Below, in pieces: positions 18,914-28,266 of a stretch of DNA of 64,000 bases. Origin of the DNA: Limisphaerales bacterium. Lineage in GTDB: Bacteria; Verrucomicrobiota; Verrucomicrobiia; Limisphaerales; SIBE01. Numbering within the stretch: the stretch's first letter is position 1; each line of letters begins with the position of its first letter. Position numbers and translations under genes: made by a program. The DNA is taken from the NCBI GenBank assembly GCA_044225505.1, contig JBGAIN010000002.1, positions 62,001-126,000 of the forward strand, in the 5' to 3' direction. The notes below the pieces were generated by a model, which had not been told where the DNA came from, made no database searches, and saw only the letters and a program-made list of their open reading frames with translations.

Positions 18914-21082
18914 ATGGAAGAACAGATTTTGAAATTACTCGGGCGGAAGGATTATACGCCTTCGAACGTTCCGCAACTGCTGCAGCGGCTGCGCCTGACG
19001 CCCCAACGCCAAACTGAGCTCCAGGACCTGTTGCGTGCGCTGGAAGCACGCGGGCAGATCCTCCGCACCAAGAACAATCGCTACATCAAAACCCGGGAAG
19101 CGGGCTTGGTCTCCGGAACTATCCGCATCAACCGGCAAGGCAAAGGCTTCCTTCAGCCGGAAGACCCTGCTGTCCAAGAGATCACCGTCCCAGAAAGCCA
19201 AACGTCCACCGCCTTGCATGGCGATCGCGTTCTGGTCCGCCCAGATGTGGGGGGACCCGCGGATCGCCGTCCAGGGCAGCGCGAGCAGACCGGTGCGGTC
19301 GTGCGTATCCTCGAACGCAAACGCCAGCGGATCGTCGGCACGCTCCAGCAAAGCCGCCAGTTCCTCTACGTGATTCCAGACGACCCGCGCATCCCGCACG
19401 ACGTTTACGTGCCGCCGCCCCGTGACGTCGGTCGCCCCGCTAACCTGGGTGACAAAGTCGTCGTCGAGTTGCGCGAATGGCAGTCCCGTCATACCAACCC
19501 GGAAGGCGAGATCGTCGAGGTTCTCGGAGCGCCCGATGCGGAAGGGGTGGATATGCTTTCCGTGCTGCGACAATATGACCTGCCCCTGAGTTTCCCGCGC
19601 GAAGTGCTGAATGAAGCCGACGCTCTCGCGCAGCGCTGGAGCGCTGTGACGGTCGATCCCCAAGAACTGGCCAAACGCGTTGATTGCCGCGGACACAATG
19701 TCGTGACGATCGATCCGGACGATGCCAAAGACTTTGACGACGCTATTTGTTTGCAAGCCATCTCGAGAGAACGCTGGAAACTCTGGGTCCACATTGCGGA
19801 CGTCTCACATTACGTTCAGCCTGGCACTCTCTTGGATAAAGAAGCCGATCGCCGCGGCAACTCCACTTACCTGGTCGATCGCGTCATCCCGATGCTGCCG
19901 GAAGCGCTTAGCAACGAACTCTGCTCGCTCAAACCGGATGTGGAACGTCTCACTAAATGCGCCGAGTTCATCATCACGCGGGATGCCCATGTGCTCGAAA
20001 CGAAATTCTATCCAGCTGTCATTCGCTCCAAACGCCGCTTTACCTACAAGGAAGCGTTCGAACGTCTCGGCAAACCGCCGCTAGACGCGATCGATCGGAT
20101 GTTGCATGACGCTCACGAACTCGCCCAACGCCTGCGCCGAGCGCGGTTCCGGGGCGGCGCTCTCAATCTAGATTTTCCCGAAACCAAAATACGCCTCGAT
20201 GCGCAAGGCAAAGTGGCGGCGCTCGAGAAGGTCGAGAACGACATCTCTCATCAGCTGATCGAGGAGTACATGCTCCTGGCCAACGAAGCGGTCGCAGCCC
20301 GTCTGATGAGCTTGCGCAAACCTGCCGTCTATCGCGTCCATGAACCCCCCAGCCCGCGCCGCTTGCTTGAGTTTCGCGAAGATGTCTTGAGCCATCACAT
20401 CCCTTGCGGAAATCTCTCGCAACGAACGGAAGTGCAAAAGCTTCTGGAACGTCTCGATCGCCTGCCGATTGGTCCCGCCTTAAAGATCGGCTTTCTCCGA
20501 TCTCTCATGCGCGCTCGTTACGCGGTGGAGCCGCTCGGCCACTATGGCTTGAACAAACCGAAGTATACTCATTTTACCTCGCCCATCCGCCGTTATGCCG
20601 ACCTCGTCGTGCACCGCGCCCTTTTTGAACAGGCTCGGAGCTCACAAACCGCCTTACGCCGCGCCGCGGACCATATTTCGGACACGGAACGTAACTCGGA
20701 TGACGCCGAGCGCGACAGCAAATCCGTCAAGATGTTCGCGTTCCTGCAGGCCCAACTTGAAACCACGCCGCGCCCTACTTACCCGGCGCTCGTCATCGAC
20801 GTGCGCAACTTCGGCTTCTTTGTTGATGTTTCCCCACTCGGCATGAGCGGCCTGGTCCATCTTTCCTCCGTCGAAGACGACTTCTTCGTGTTCGATTCTG
20901 CCCGCACTCAATTGGTCGGACGCCGATCCCGCCGGATCATTAAAATGGGCGACAAGGTGATCGTGCAGGTCCAGAAAGTGGATCGGTTCAAGAAGCAGGT
21001 CGATTTCTGTTTGGCGTCGCTGCCGAAAGGTCAACCCAAGAAACCTTCCCACAAGCCGCAGCGCGGCCGACGGAGCCGCTGA
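18914..21082 (+). CDS. rnr: Ribonuclease R
   Basis: N-terminal HTH and cold-shock domains, RNB motif TIDPDDAKDFDDA, HYGL...YTHFTSPIRRYADLVVHR, S1 domain, basic tail. Confidence 0.95.
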   Translation: MEEQILKLLGRKDYTPSNVPQLLQRLRLTPQRQTELQDLLRALEARGQILRTKNNRYIKTREAGLVSGTIRINRQGKGFLQPEDPAVQEITVPESQTSTALHGDRVLVRPDVGGPADRRPGQREQTGAVVRILERKRQRIVGTLQQSRQFLYVIPDDPRIPHDVYVPPPRDVGRPANLGDKVVVELREWQSRHTNPEGEIVEVLGAPDAEGVDMLSVLRQYDLPLSFPREVLNEADALAQRWSAVTVDPQELAKRVDCRGHNVVTIDPDDAKDFDDAICLQAISRERWKLWVHIADVSHYVQPGTLLDKEADRRGNSTYLVDRVIPMLPEALSNELCSLKPDVERLTKCAEFIITRDAHVLETKFYPAVIRSKRRFTYKEAFERLGKPPLDAIDRMLHDAHELAQRLRRARFRGGALNLDFPETKIRLDAQGKVAALEKVENDISHQLIEEYMLLANEAVAARLMSLRKPAVYRVHEPPSPRRLLEFREDVLSHHIPCGNLSQRTEVQKLLERLDRLPIGPALKIGFLRSLMRARYAVEPLGHYGLNKPKYTHFTSPIRRYADLVVHRALFEQARSSQTALRRAADHISDTERNSDDAERDSKSVKMFAFLQAQLETTPRPTYPALVIDVRNFGFFVDVSPLGMSGLVHLSSVEDDFFVFDSARTQLVGRRSRRIIKMGDKVIVQVQKVDRFKKQVDFCLASLPKGQPKKPSHKPQRGRRSR

Positions 21083-21127
21083 ATACTTCACGCAGCGTCG
21101 CCACCACAGAACCTGCGGCTGCAAGGA

Positions 21128-21373
21128 GTGCGCCGACTCAACGAAGCGGCACTGGCAAATCTTCTCGCGAGCGAAGATGCCCGGCGTCAGGTCCTGGTCT
21201 CGCGTCAACGCTACGCCGCCGGGCGCGCCGCTTATTATGAAGTCTTGCAACAGCAACAGCAGCTGTTTCCCGCCGAGAATCTCCTGGCCCAGACCGAGCT
21301 GAACCAATACCTGGCTGTCATCCAACTCTACCGCGCCCTGGCCGGCGGTTGGAATGCGCCGCTGTCACCGTAA
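21128..21373 (+). pseudogene. C-terminal remnant of a NodT/OprM-type outer-membrane efflux protein
   Basis: RQRYAAGRAAYYEVLQQQQQLFPAENLLAQTELNQYLAVIQLYRALAGGW is the typical OEP C-terminus. Only ~80 codons, with no room for the rest after rnr. Confidence 0.75.
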
Positions 21374-21613
21374 GCCACGGGACGGCCTCGCAACGCAACT
21401 CCGCGATCCCGCCGGAAAGCCAGCAATGTCTTGTCCCAGTTCCGCCCACGCATCGAGATCTTTGACCCTCGGCATCCCGCCGCCTCAAGACCGCCACTGG
21501 AAACACGTATGGAATTTCAGTTGTTGCCCAGGTCGCGCTGTTCTACAACACGGAGACAGCCGGTGGTTGTTTGGTCCAATGACCCGAGTCTTTCCATCAT
21601 TCAGGAGTAAACC

Positions 21614-24118
21614 ATGCGAATCAGGATCTTCATTTTGAGCTTGGCCACGTTGATCACCACCGCCCATGCCGCCGACCGCCTCACCCCAAGGGAGATGATC
21701 TCCTGGAGCATCGTTTGCCCGGACACCGCCACGGATTCCGAGAAATACGCGGCGACGGAATTCCAGCGCCTGTTCGAAGAAATGACCGGCCAGCGGCTTC
21801 CCTTGGTCCGGGAAGTCGATCGCGACGTGCCCGCCGTGTTTATCGGCCCGGAGGCGGTCCTAAACTCGGGTCAACCGACTGACCGCCAGGCGCTCGGCGA
21901 GGAAACGCTGCGCATTCGCGTCGCCGCCACGGCGCTTTGCATCGATGGCGGCCGACCGCGGGGGACCCTTTACGGAGTCTACGAATTCTTCGAGGAATTC
22001 TGCGGGGCACGGTTTTTGACGTTCGATCACACTTACTTTCCCCGGGATGCCTCTCAACGAACGATTCCTCCGGGTGTTCGGACGGTGCGTCCCACGTTCG
22101 CCTTTCGCTGGTCGTACTATGGCGAAACGAGCCGCTACCCGGAATTCGCCGCCCGACTGCGCGTCAATACCGTCAGCGATGATCTCAAGCTCGGTGGGCG
22201 AACTGGGTATCGCCTGGTCAGCCACAACGTGGCTTCCCTTGTGCCACCGGCCAAATGGGGCCAAGCGCACCCGGAGTACTTCGCCCTTGTTCATGGGCAA
22301 CGAAAGCTGGAGGAAGGGGGCGGCGGGCCGCAACTGTGCATGAGCAATCCCGAATTAGTGGGCGTGGTGGTGGAGGCCGTCTTGGAGGAGATCAAGAAAA
22401 ACCCGACCGCCCGCAACATCAACATCGCGCAAATGGACAACGAGAGTTATTGCACGTGCCAACGTTGCGCCGAGGTCGATACGCAGGAAGAATCCCATGC
22501 CGGCGCCACGCTGTCGTTCGTCAATGCGGTCGCCGAAAAGGTTGAGAAAACGCATCCTGAAATCCTGCTGAGCACCTATGCTTACCAGTATACCCGCAAA
22601 CCCCCTAAAACGATCAAGCCAAGGCACAATGTCCTGATCCAGTTGTGCAGCATTGAGTGCTGCGACTTTCACGCCATTGACGATCCGGCCTGTCCGTTGA
22701 ATCGCGCTTTCTGCGCCGATATGGCCGATTGGCAGAAAATCGCCGAGAACATCTTGATCTGGCATTATAACACCAACTTTAAAGGTTACCTGTTGCCATT
22801 CCCGAACCTTCGCAGCATTGGCCGGAGCGTCGATTACTTTGCGAGGAACCATGGCCAAGGCGTGTTCATGCAAGCCGCAGGCAACGGCTTTTCCACCGAA
22901 CTGAGCGACTTGCGCAATTACGTCATGGCGCGCTGTCTCTGGAAGCCAGGCCGCGATAGTTGGAAGGAAGCCGAGGAGTTCTGCCAACTGCACTACGCTG
23001 AATCCGCTGGCCCGATCCAGGACTACCTCAAGTGGTACCACGAACTCGTGGCCAGTTCGGGCGCCCATCCAAGTTGTTTCCCGACCGAACGCTCGTTGAG
23101 TATCACTCCCGAATCGGCCCAGCGCATCATGGGATACTTTCGCTCGGCTCTGGCGCTCGCCAAGTCCGACGAAGTCAAAACGCGCGTGGAGAAAGCGTCG
23201 CTGTGCGCGTATCGCGCCGCCGTTAGCGCTTCCAGCATGAAACTCATCTATCGGGACCAGAAGTGCTATCCCGACCTTCTCGATTTCGGCCCGGACTTGT
23301 TAGACCAGTATTCCGACCTTTGCCGCCGCTTTGAAGCGACGATGGATGACGAGATGACGTCCACGGAACGGTATGTCGCATCGATGCGATCGCTCCACGC
23401 CGGTCTTAAAGCCATCGCGCTGGAGAATGACTTTTGGCGGCTGGTTGTGGTTCCAGAGAGCAATGCCAAGATTGTGGAAATGACCTATAAACCGACCGGA
23501 CGCAACGTCTGTCGGGCGCAGCGCGGCTTTAACCGTTTCCGGCACGAAGAATGGGTCAAGGGAGGCGAAGGTCCGCGATCAGACAACATTCTCGCTTTCG
23601 ACGCGTTCACTCAACCCAAGGAAGTGCGGCTCCGCTTGACCCAAAAAGACGGCAGCCAGATGGAACGTTCCGTGGCTCTGGTCGGGGACGTCGTGCGATT
23701 CGAGACGAAATTGACGGCAGGGACGCCCCGCTCTTTCGAAGTGCAGGTCCACCCGGAATACGACACCGCCTCGATCTCGAGCGATCCCAACACGCTGGGC
23801 ATCTATGTGAAAAGCCCAGATTGGATTCAAGTCAACCGCGGGGATACGGCCGCTCCAAACCCGGACCGGCAACGCGCCCTGGTGCGCGATGGGGTCGCTG
23901 GAGGTGCGTATGCCTTTTTTAATCGGGAAGCGAAGTTTGGCATCGAGCAGCGGTTTGTTCCGGAACAATTCACCGCGCTCGGTCTTTTCTGGGACCCGTC
24001 CCGTCAGCAGATCAATCTGGAGATGACGTCGAAAGCCCGAGCACTGGAACGTAGGCAAACGGCTAGCTACGCCTATGAGGTCCGCTGTCTTCAAAAGGCC
24101 CCGACCCAAGAGGAATAA
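21614..24118 (+). CDS. Secreted DUF4838-domain protein (putative glycoside hydrolase-like)
   Basis: Signal peptide MRIRIFILSLATLITTAHA; GH67N-like GGRPRGTLYGVYEFFE; HPEYFAL..QLCMSNP, C.C..C, TYAYQYTRKPP. Confidence 0.75.
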   Translation: MRIRIFILSLATLITTAHAADRLTPREMISWSIVCPDTATDSEKYAATEFQRLFEEMTGQRLPLVREVDRDVPAVFIGPEAVLNSGQPTDRQALGEETLRIRVAATALCIDGGRPRGTLYGVYEFFEEFCGARFLTFDHTYFPRDASQRTIPPGVRTVRPTFAFRWSYYGETSRYPEFAARLRVNTVSDDLKLGGRTGYRLVSHNVASLVPPAKWGQAHPEYFALVHGQRKLEEGGGGPQLCMSNPELVGVVVEAVLEEIKKNPTARNINIAQMDNESYCTCQRCAEVDTQEESHAGATLSFVNAVAEKVEKTHPEILLSTYAYQYTRKPPKTIKPRHNVLIQLCSIECCDFHAIDDPACPLNRAFCADMADWQKIAENILIWHYNTNFKGYLLPFPNLRSIGRSVDYFARNHGQGVFMQAAGNGFSTELSDLRNYVMARCLWKPGRDSWKEAEEFCQLHYAESAGPIQDYLKWYHELVASSGAHPSCFPTERSLSITPESAQRIMGYFRSALALAKSDEVKTRVEKASLCAYRAAVSASSMKLIYRDQKCYPDLLDFGPDLLDQYSDLCRRFEATMDDEMTSTERYVASMRSLHAGLKAIALENDFWRLVVVPESNAKIVEMTYKPTGRNVCRAQRGFNRFRHEEWVKGGEGPRSDNILAFDAFTQPKEVRLRLTQKDGSQMERSVALVGDVVRFETKLTAGTPRSFEVQVHPEYDTASISSDPNTLGIYVKSPDWIQVNRGDTAAPNPDRQRALVRDGVAGGAYAFFNREAKFGIEQRFVPEQFTALGLFWDPSRQQINLEMTSKARALERRQTASYAYEVRCLQKAPTQEE

Positions 24119-24285
24119 TTCAGATCAAGGCGCACCGGTTCCCCAACCCGCCCCGACGCCATCGTTGCGCCCCGAACGGTCCACCGGCCATCTCACCCGG
24201 GAAAAGCGGTGGAGAATGGAGTCACTCGTCGTGGCGACACCAGAGCTCGGTGAATTCGGAAATGATCGGATCGCGGAATTTATTC

Positions 24286-24592
24286 TAATGCCATTCGGTA
24301 ATTCTATTCAGTCCCGGAAGGGACAGAATGAGAGAAGCCCGGTCGCTTTAGCGCCGGGTGCTCAAGTGAGAGGGCCCAAGCCCCGGAGGGGCGGCTGAGT
24401 GCGGCGAGAAAGGGCGTTTGGGTTCTACGACCTTGTGATCCGCTTAATCTTCGGTTCTTCCGTTCAATGCCACGTCCTCGGCCGTCCCGTCGGGACTTGG
24501 AATCGCGCCCATTCGACCTCGGCGTTAAAACGCCGAACTATTCTCGAGTTGCCCCATCCGGGGCGCCAGGAGGCAATTACCGAATGGCATTA
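24286..24592. mobile_element. IS4-like MITE (307 bp) with 18-bp TIRs and 10-bp target-site duplication
   Basis: TAATGCCATTCGGTAATT (24286-24303) and AATTACCGAATGGCATTA (24575-24592) form a perfect inverted repeat. GAATTTATTC is directly repeated at 24276-24285 and 24593-24602. No transposase inside. Confidence 0.85.
24310..24565. repeat. Inverted pair of REP-like palindromic cassettes inside the MITE
   Basis: Left: GTCCCGGAAGGGAC, CCCGGTCGCTTTAGCGCCGGG, GCCCCGGAGGGGC. Right, inverted: GTCCCGTCGGGAC, TCGGCGTTAAAACGCCGA, GCCCCATCCGGGGC. Confidence 0.75.
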
Positions 24593-25533
24593 GAATTTAT
24601 TCCGCCCGAAGCCCCGCCTGGCGGACCGCGCCTGGAATCATCCGCAGCGCGCCCTCCGCGCGTCCGTTCCTGCACTGCAATCTTCCAGATTGTTCACAAG
24701 CTGCGATTAAATTTTCATGCGGCTTCATGCGGCGAGACTCATCAATTTGTCCGTGTCGGCTTGGCGTGCGGCGGCTCATGGTATGGGTGAGTGGCGTCCC
24801 CAGCTGATTGCGTTCACCTTTCGTCATTTCGTCCAGATACTTCATCATTTGCAAGTGTTGTCTCGCGAACGTTCCAATCCGATCGGGCTAGAACGGCATC
24901 CGATCACTGGTCGAGAATGGGATTCATTGATGGAGTTCATCCGACGTGACAGTCCGGATATTGATTTCACCTTCTGGGAGATCCTTTGCGGGAGAGGGAT
25001 GTAGCTTTTCGACCGAACCTCCCAGACTGTCTGAGTTTTCATTCTGGGCGAGGTGGCTGTGTCCGAAGAATCAACCACAGTTCGGAGATGAATGTTAAGA
25101 CAGCGAAGAATGCCCGCTATGCGCCTGGGGCTACGCACATCGGTGCGCTCTTAATTCGATGGTCTCCGCTCATCGTTCCTCCAAAGGCATCAATGGGGAT
25201 TTCGCACCGAGAGCGTTCTCGACCTTGATCGTGATCGTGCTCTTACTCTCCTCCGTTCGGCCACCGTCATGGTGCGATGTCGGTCTGCCTCAGGAGCGGC
25301 TCTTAAACTATTCTTTCCCAAATCAGACAAAACCGCAAACGCGCGACTTAGCGACGCGGCCTGATTGCGAAACAATTGCAGATTAGATAGTTAGCAAATC
25401 GTCCACAAATGTGGACACGTCATAACGCTGCGGAGAATTGGACCCCACCCAAGGTATCGGAGCGGCGAACAGCGCACGATATCGATAAAATAGTGACATT
25501 CTTTAGTCGCTAGGATTTAGTTATTCCATCGGA

Positions 25534-25755
25534 GGGGTCAGACCCGAATATCGCATATTTGTGCGAAAGCTTCTCACGATTGATTGACAACTCGCGCACG
25601 CGCGCCGTTGCATGGTTTGCCGCGCTTCCACTTGCCTTTCCACCTCGCGGCGTCCATCCTCACTGTCCTTGAAAATCCTCCTGTCCCCAAAAATCACTTC
25701 ATGCGATTGACTACGATTCATTTGGTCGATTCCCTCGATCTCATCACGGGGCAGA
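25534..25755 (-). pseudogene. Condensed internal-deletion remnant of a RAYT (Y1 HUH) transposase gene
   Basis: Collinear patches shared with 58132-59083: 25725-25748 vs 59015-59038; 25686-25711 vs 58843-58867; peptide FKDSEDGRRE vs PKDSAAGRRE; TCTCACGATTG at 25572 and 58173; GGGGTCAG end. Confidence 0.65.
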
Positions 25756-25817
25756 GCGATCAACAGAATAGGCGCCGACCAGAGCCGGACCAACCGGGGT
25801 CCAACGCCCGAGCAATC

Positions 25818-25876
25818 CCGGTGCAAGGCCGCTGGCTGACCGGCCTTGGACCGGCTTTGCAGCGGCCTTGCACCGG
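25818..25876. repeat. Perfect 17-bp inverted repeat (hairpin)
   Basis: CCGGTGCAAGGCCGCTG (25818-25834) and CAGCGGCCTTGCACCGG (25860-25876). Confidence 0.8.
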
Positions 25877-26001
25877 CCTTGCCTCAAATGACCCAGGGCG
25901 CGGCTGAGCAAGTGAACTGGGTGGACACGAATTCGAGTCCCAGGTCTGACCCGTCCCGTGGATAAGCCACGTCCCGACAGGTCGGGAGAACGAGCGAGGA
26001 A

Positions 26002-26225
26002 CGCGGCGGTTTGTTTCGATAAGCCGGGGGTGGTAAAGCTTTATTGCGAGATCCACGATCATATGCGAGGGACCATCCTCGTCCTGGATACACCCTTCTT
26101 TACTCGCACCGGTACCAATGGCGTGTTCCGCCTGGAACGGTTGCCCGTTGGCCGCTACACGCTCAAGGCTTGGTTGGACGAAAAGACAGAGTGGAAACGC
26201 TCGGTGGAATTGCGCGAAGTGCTGC
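26002..26225 (+). pseudogene. C-terminal fragment of a cupredoxin-like / carboxypeptidase-regulatory-like domain protein
   Basis: FDKPGVVKLYCEIHDHMRGTILVLDTPFF..G.FRLERLPVGRYTLKAW carries a C-x2-H-x2-M copper-ligand motif. N-terminal half and signal peptide are absent. Confidence 0.7.
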
Positions 26226-26269
26226 CAGGGGCGCTCTCGTCTGATTCAGCGACTGGGGATGCGCCCCGC

Positions 26270-26891
26270 GTGCAGGCCAGGCCGATAATAAGGCGGCGTG
26301 GCTACCCATTGTTTGGGGTCCGGCTTACAGCAGCGGCGCGGCGGTCTCCGGATCCGTGCAGCGGTTTGACTATGCGTTGGAATTGAAAAACGCGGCCGTC
26401 TCCGCCCGAACGCGACCTGAAATTTGGGCGCTTCGTCCAGCACGGGCGCTTACTTACAGCCGGCCGCTGAAGACGTCGCTACGTTTCCCGCGCAGGCCAC
26501 CGCGGGAGATTTCTGGCAGACCACCGTAGCCTTGGATGCCTCTTACGCCTGGCGGCACTGGCAGATCTGGAGCGAATGGTTCGTAAGCCGTTTTGAAGTT
26601 CCGAATGTCGGCGACGCAGATTCCCTCGCCTACTTTATCGAGGCGCGATACAAGATCACTCCGCAACTGTTCGCGGCGCTGCGCTGGAACCAGCAGTTCT
26701 TTGGCGAGGTGCGGGATTTACCGGGGGCATTGACGCCGTGGGATCGGGATACCAGCCGCATCGATGCGGCGCTGGGGTTTCGCTTCAATCGCCATTGGCA
26801 AACGAAAGTGCAATACAGCTTTGCCCACAAGAATGGTTCCCCCCAGCAAGGGCAACAGTTAGTCGCGGCCCAACTGACGTTGAAATTCTAG
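26270..26891 (+). pseudogene. Fragmented outer-membrane beta-barrel protein (C-terminal part)
   Basis: One frame reads WLPIVWGPAYSSGAAVSGSVQRFDYALELKNAA; a second frame reads ...EARYKITPQLFAALRWNQ...VAAQLTLKF, ending in Phe. There is a frame break at ~26410 and no N-terminus. Confidence 0.65.
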
Positions 26892-26965
26892 TATAATCCA
26901 GCCCGGAGCTGGGGCAGGCCCAGGGGAGAGGAACGAAGGGGAATGCTGCCGCGTTGGGAGCCGAT

Positions 26966-27127
26966 CTAAGAGGCGCTCTCTTCGCCACCGAAGAAACGAT
27001 GGATGAAGAAAAGAATCAGGAAAACGCCAAAGAGCGCTTTGCCTATGCCATTGACAATGGCGTGGCTATGTCCGGTCAAGCCGACGACAAGCGAGACAAT
27101 TGCCACAGCTAGAAATAGTTTACCCAT
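26966..27127 (-). CDS. Small membrane protein, DUF1328 (UPF0391)-like
   Basis: 53 aa, MGKLFLAVAIVSLVVGLTG....GIGKALFGVFLILFF, two TM helices. Confidence 0.6.
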   Translation of the reverse strand: MGKLFLAVAIVSLVVGLTGHSHAIVNGIGKALFGVFLILFFIHRFFGGEESAS

Positions 27128-27241
27128 ATTCGATAGACAATAAGCCCAACGGTTACCGGAAGACTCTACTGGCTCCGGACACGGATGCAAGTTCTTGCGA
27201 GACCCAGAAAGCGCGGCGGACTCGTAGGGGGGTGCGAGCGG

Positions 27242-28225
27242 CTACTTTGAACGCAAAGCTGTGAGTTCGGCTTGAGTCATCTCCGCGATCAGCTGCTCGA
27301 AACTCGTTTCTGGTTCCCAGTTAAGCAACCGCTTGGCCTTCTCAGGGTTACCCACCAAACGCCTTGGTTCAACCGGGCGAAACAGGCTCCGGTCTTGCCG
27401 CACGTACTCTTTCCAATCCAGTTTCACCGTCGCAAAGGCCTGTTCCACGACCGCTTGCACCGAATGAACGCGTCCCGTCGCAAAAACGAAGTCTTCGGGT
27501 TGGATGTGCTGCAGCGCCAGCCACATGCCTCGGACGTAATCCCGCGCATGCCCCCAATCCCGTTCTCCGGTGAGATCGCCCAGCACGAGTTCTTTTTGGA
27601 GCCCCAGATGAATGGCAGCCGCACCGCGGCAAATCTTCCTCGTAACAAACTGCAGTCCCCGCCGAGGGGACTCGTGGTTAAAGAGAATGCCATTGCACGC
27701 AAAAATGCCATGGCTCTGCCGGTAAACGCGCACGATATGCGTGGCGAACTCTTTGCCGCAACCGTACGGGCTCGTGGGTGCGGTGGGCGTGGTCTCAGTC
27801 TGCGGCGCTTCTATGGGTGTGCCAAAGATCTCGCTCGAGGAAGCGTGAAAGAACTTTGGGGCAGGCTTCATGTCGCGAAGGATCTCGAGCAAGCGCAGAG
27901 TCAGCAGACCCGTGAGTTCGGCCGTCGTTTCCGGAATCGTAAAGCTCTCCCCCACATGGGTCTGCCCTGCTAAATGGTAGAATTCGTTTGGCGCTACCTC
28001 CAGGATCGTCCGACGCAACGTTGTCGGATCGGTCAAATCCGCACCGTGCAGAAACAGGCGTTTGCCATAGATCGACGGATCGGCGCAGAGTTTTTCGAGA
28101 AAGGAACGGTCCGACCGGGAAGTCCGGCGGACGATGCCGTGGACTTCATAGCCTTGATCAAGAAGCCATTCGGCCAGGTAAGAGCCATCCTGGCCGGTGA
28201 TCCCGGTGATAAGCGCGCGCGACAT
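27242..28225 (-). CDS. gmd: GDP-mannose 4,6-dehydratase (divergent second copy)
   Basis: [66 protein letters not shown]. Confidence 0.85.
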   Translation of the reverse strand: MSRALITGITGQDGSYLAEWLLDQGYEVHGIVRRTSRSDRSFLEKLCADPSIYGKRLFLHGADLTDPTTLRRTILEVAPNEFYHLAGQTHVGESFTIPETTAELTGLLTLRLLEILRDMKPAPKFFHASSSEIFGTPIEAPQTETTPTAPTSPYGCGKEFATHIVRVYRQSHGIFACNGILFNHESPRRGLQFVTRKICRGAAAIHLGLQKELVLGDLTGERDWGHARDYVRGMWLALQHIQPEDFVFATGRVHSVQAVVEQAFATVKLDWKEYVRQDRSLFRPVEPRRLVGNPEKAKRLLNWEPETSFEQLIAEMTQAELTALRSK

Positions 28226-28266
28226 GAAATGGCAGTAAGGACGCCGCTGGCGGACTCGCCCTTAAG

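Noticed and set aside
24240..24800. CRISPR array or ncRNA explanation for the palindromic cluster
   Set aside because: No regularly spaced identical repeats with unique spacers and no cas genes; TIR+TSD and REP structure explain it better.
24075..25386. Several 60-107 aa ORFs across the MITE and downstream region
   Set aside because: They overlap repeats, have no recognisable motifs and conflict with each other; a degraded gene at 24780-25050 cannot be excluded.
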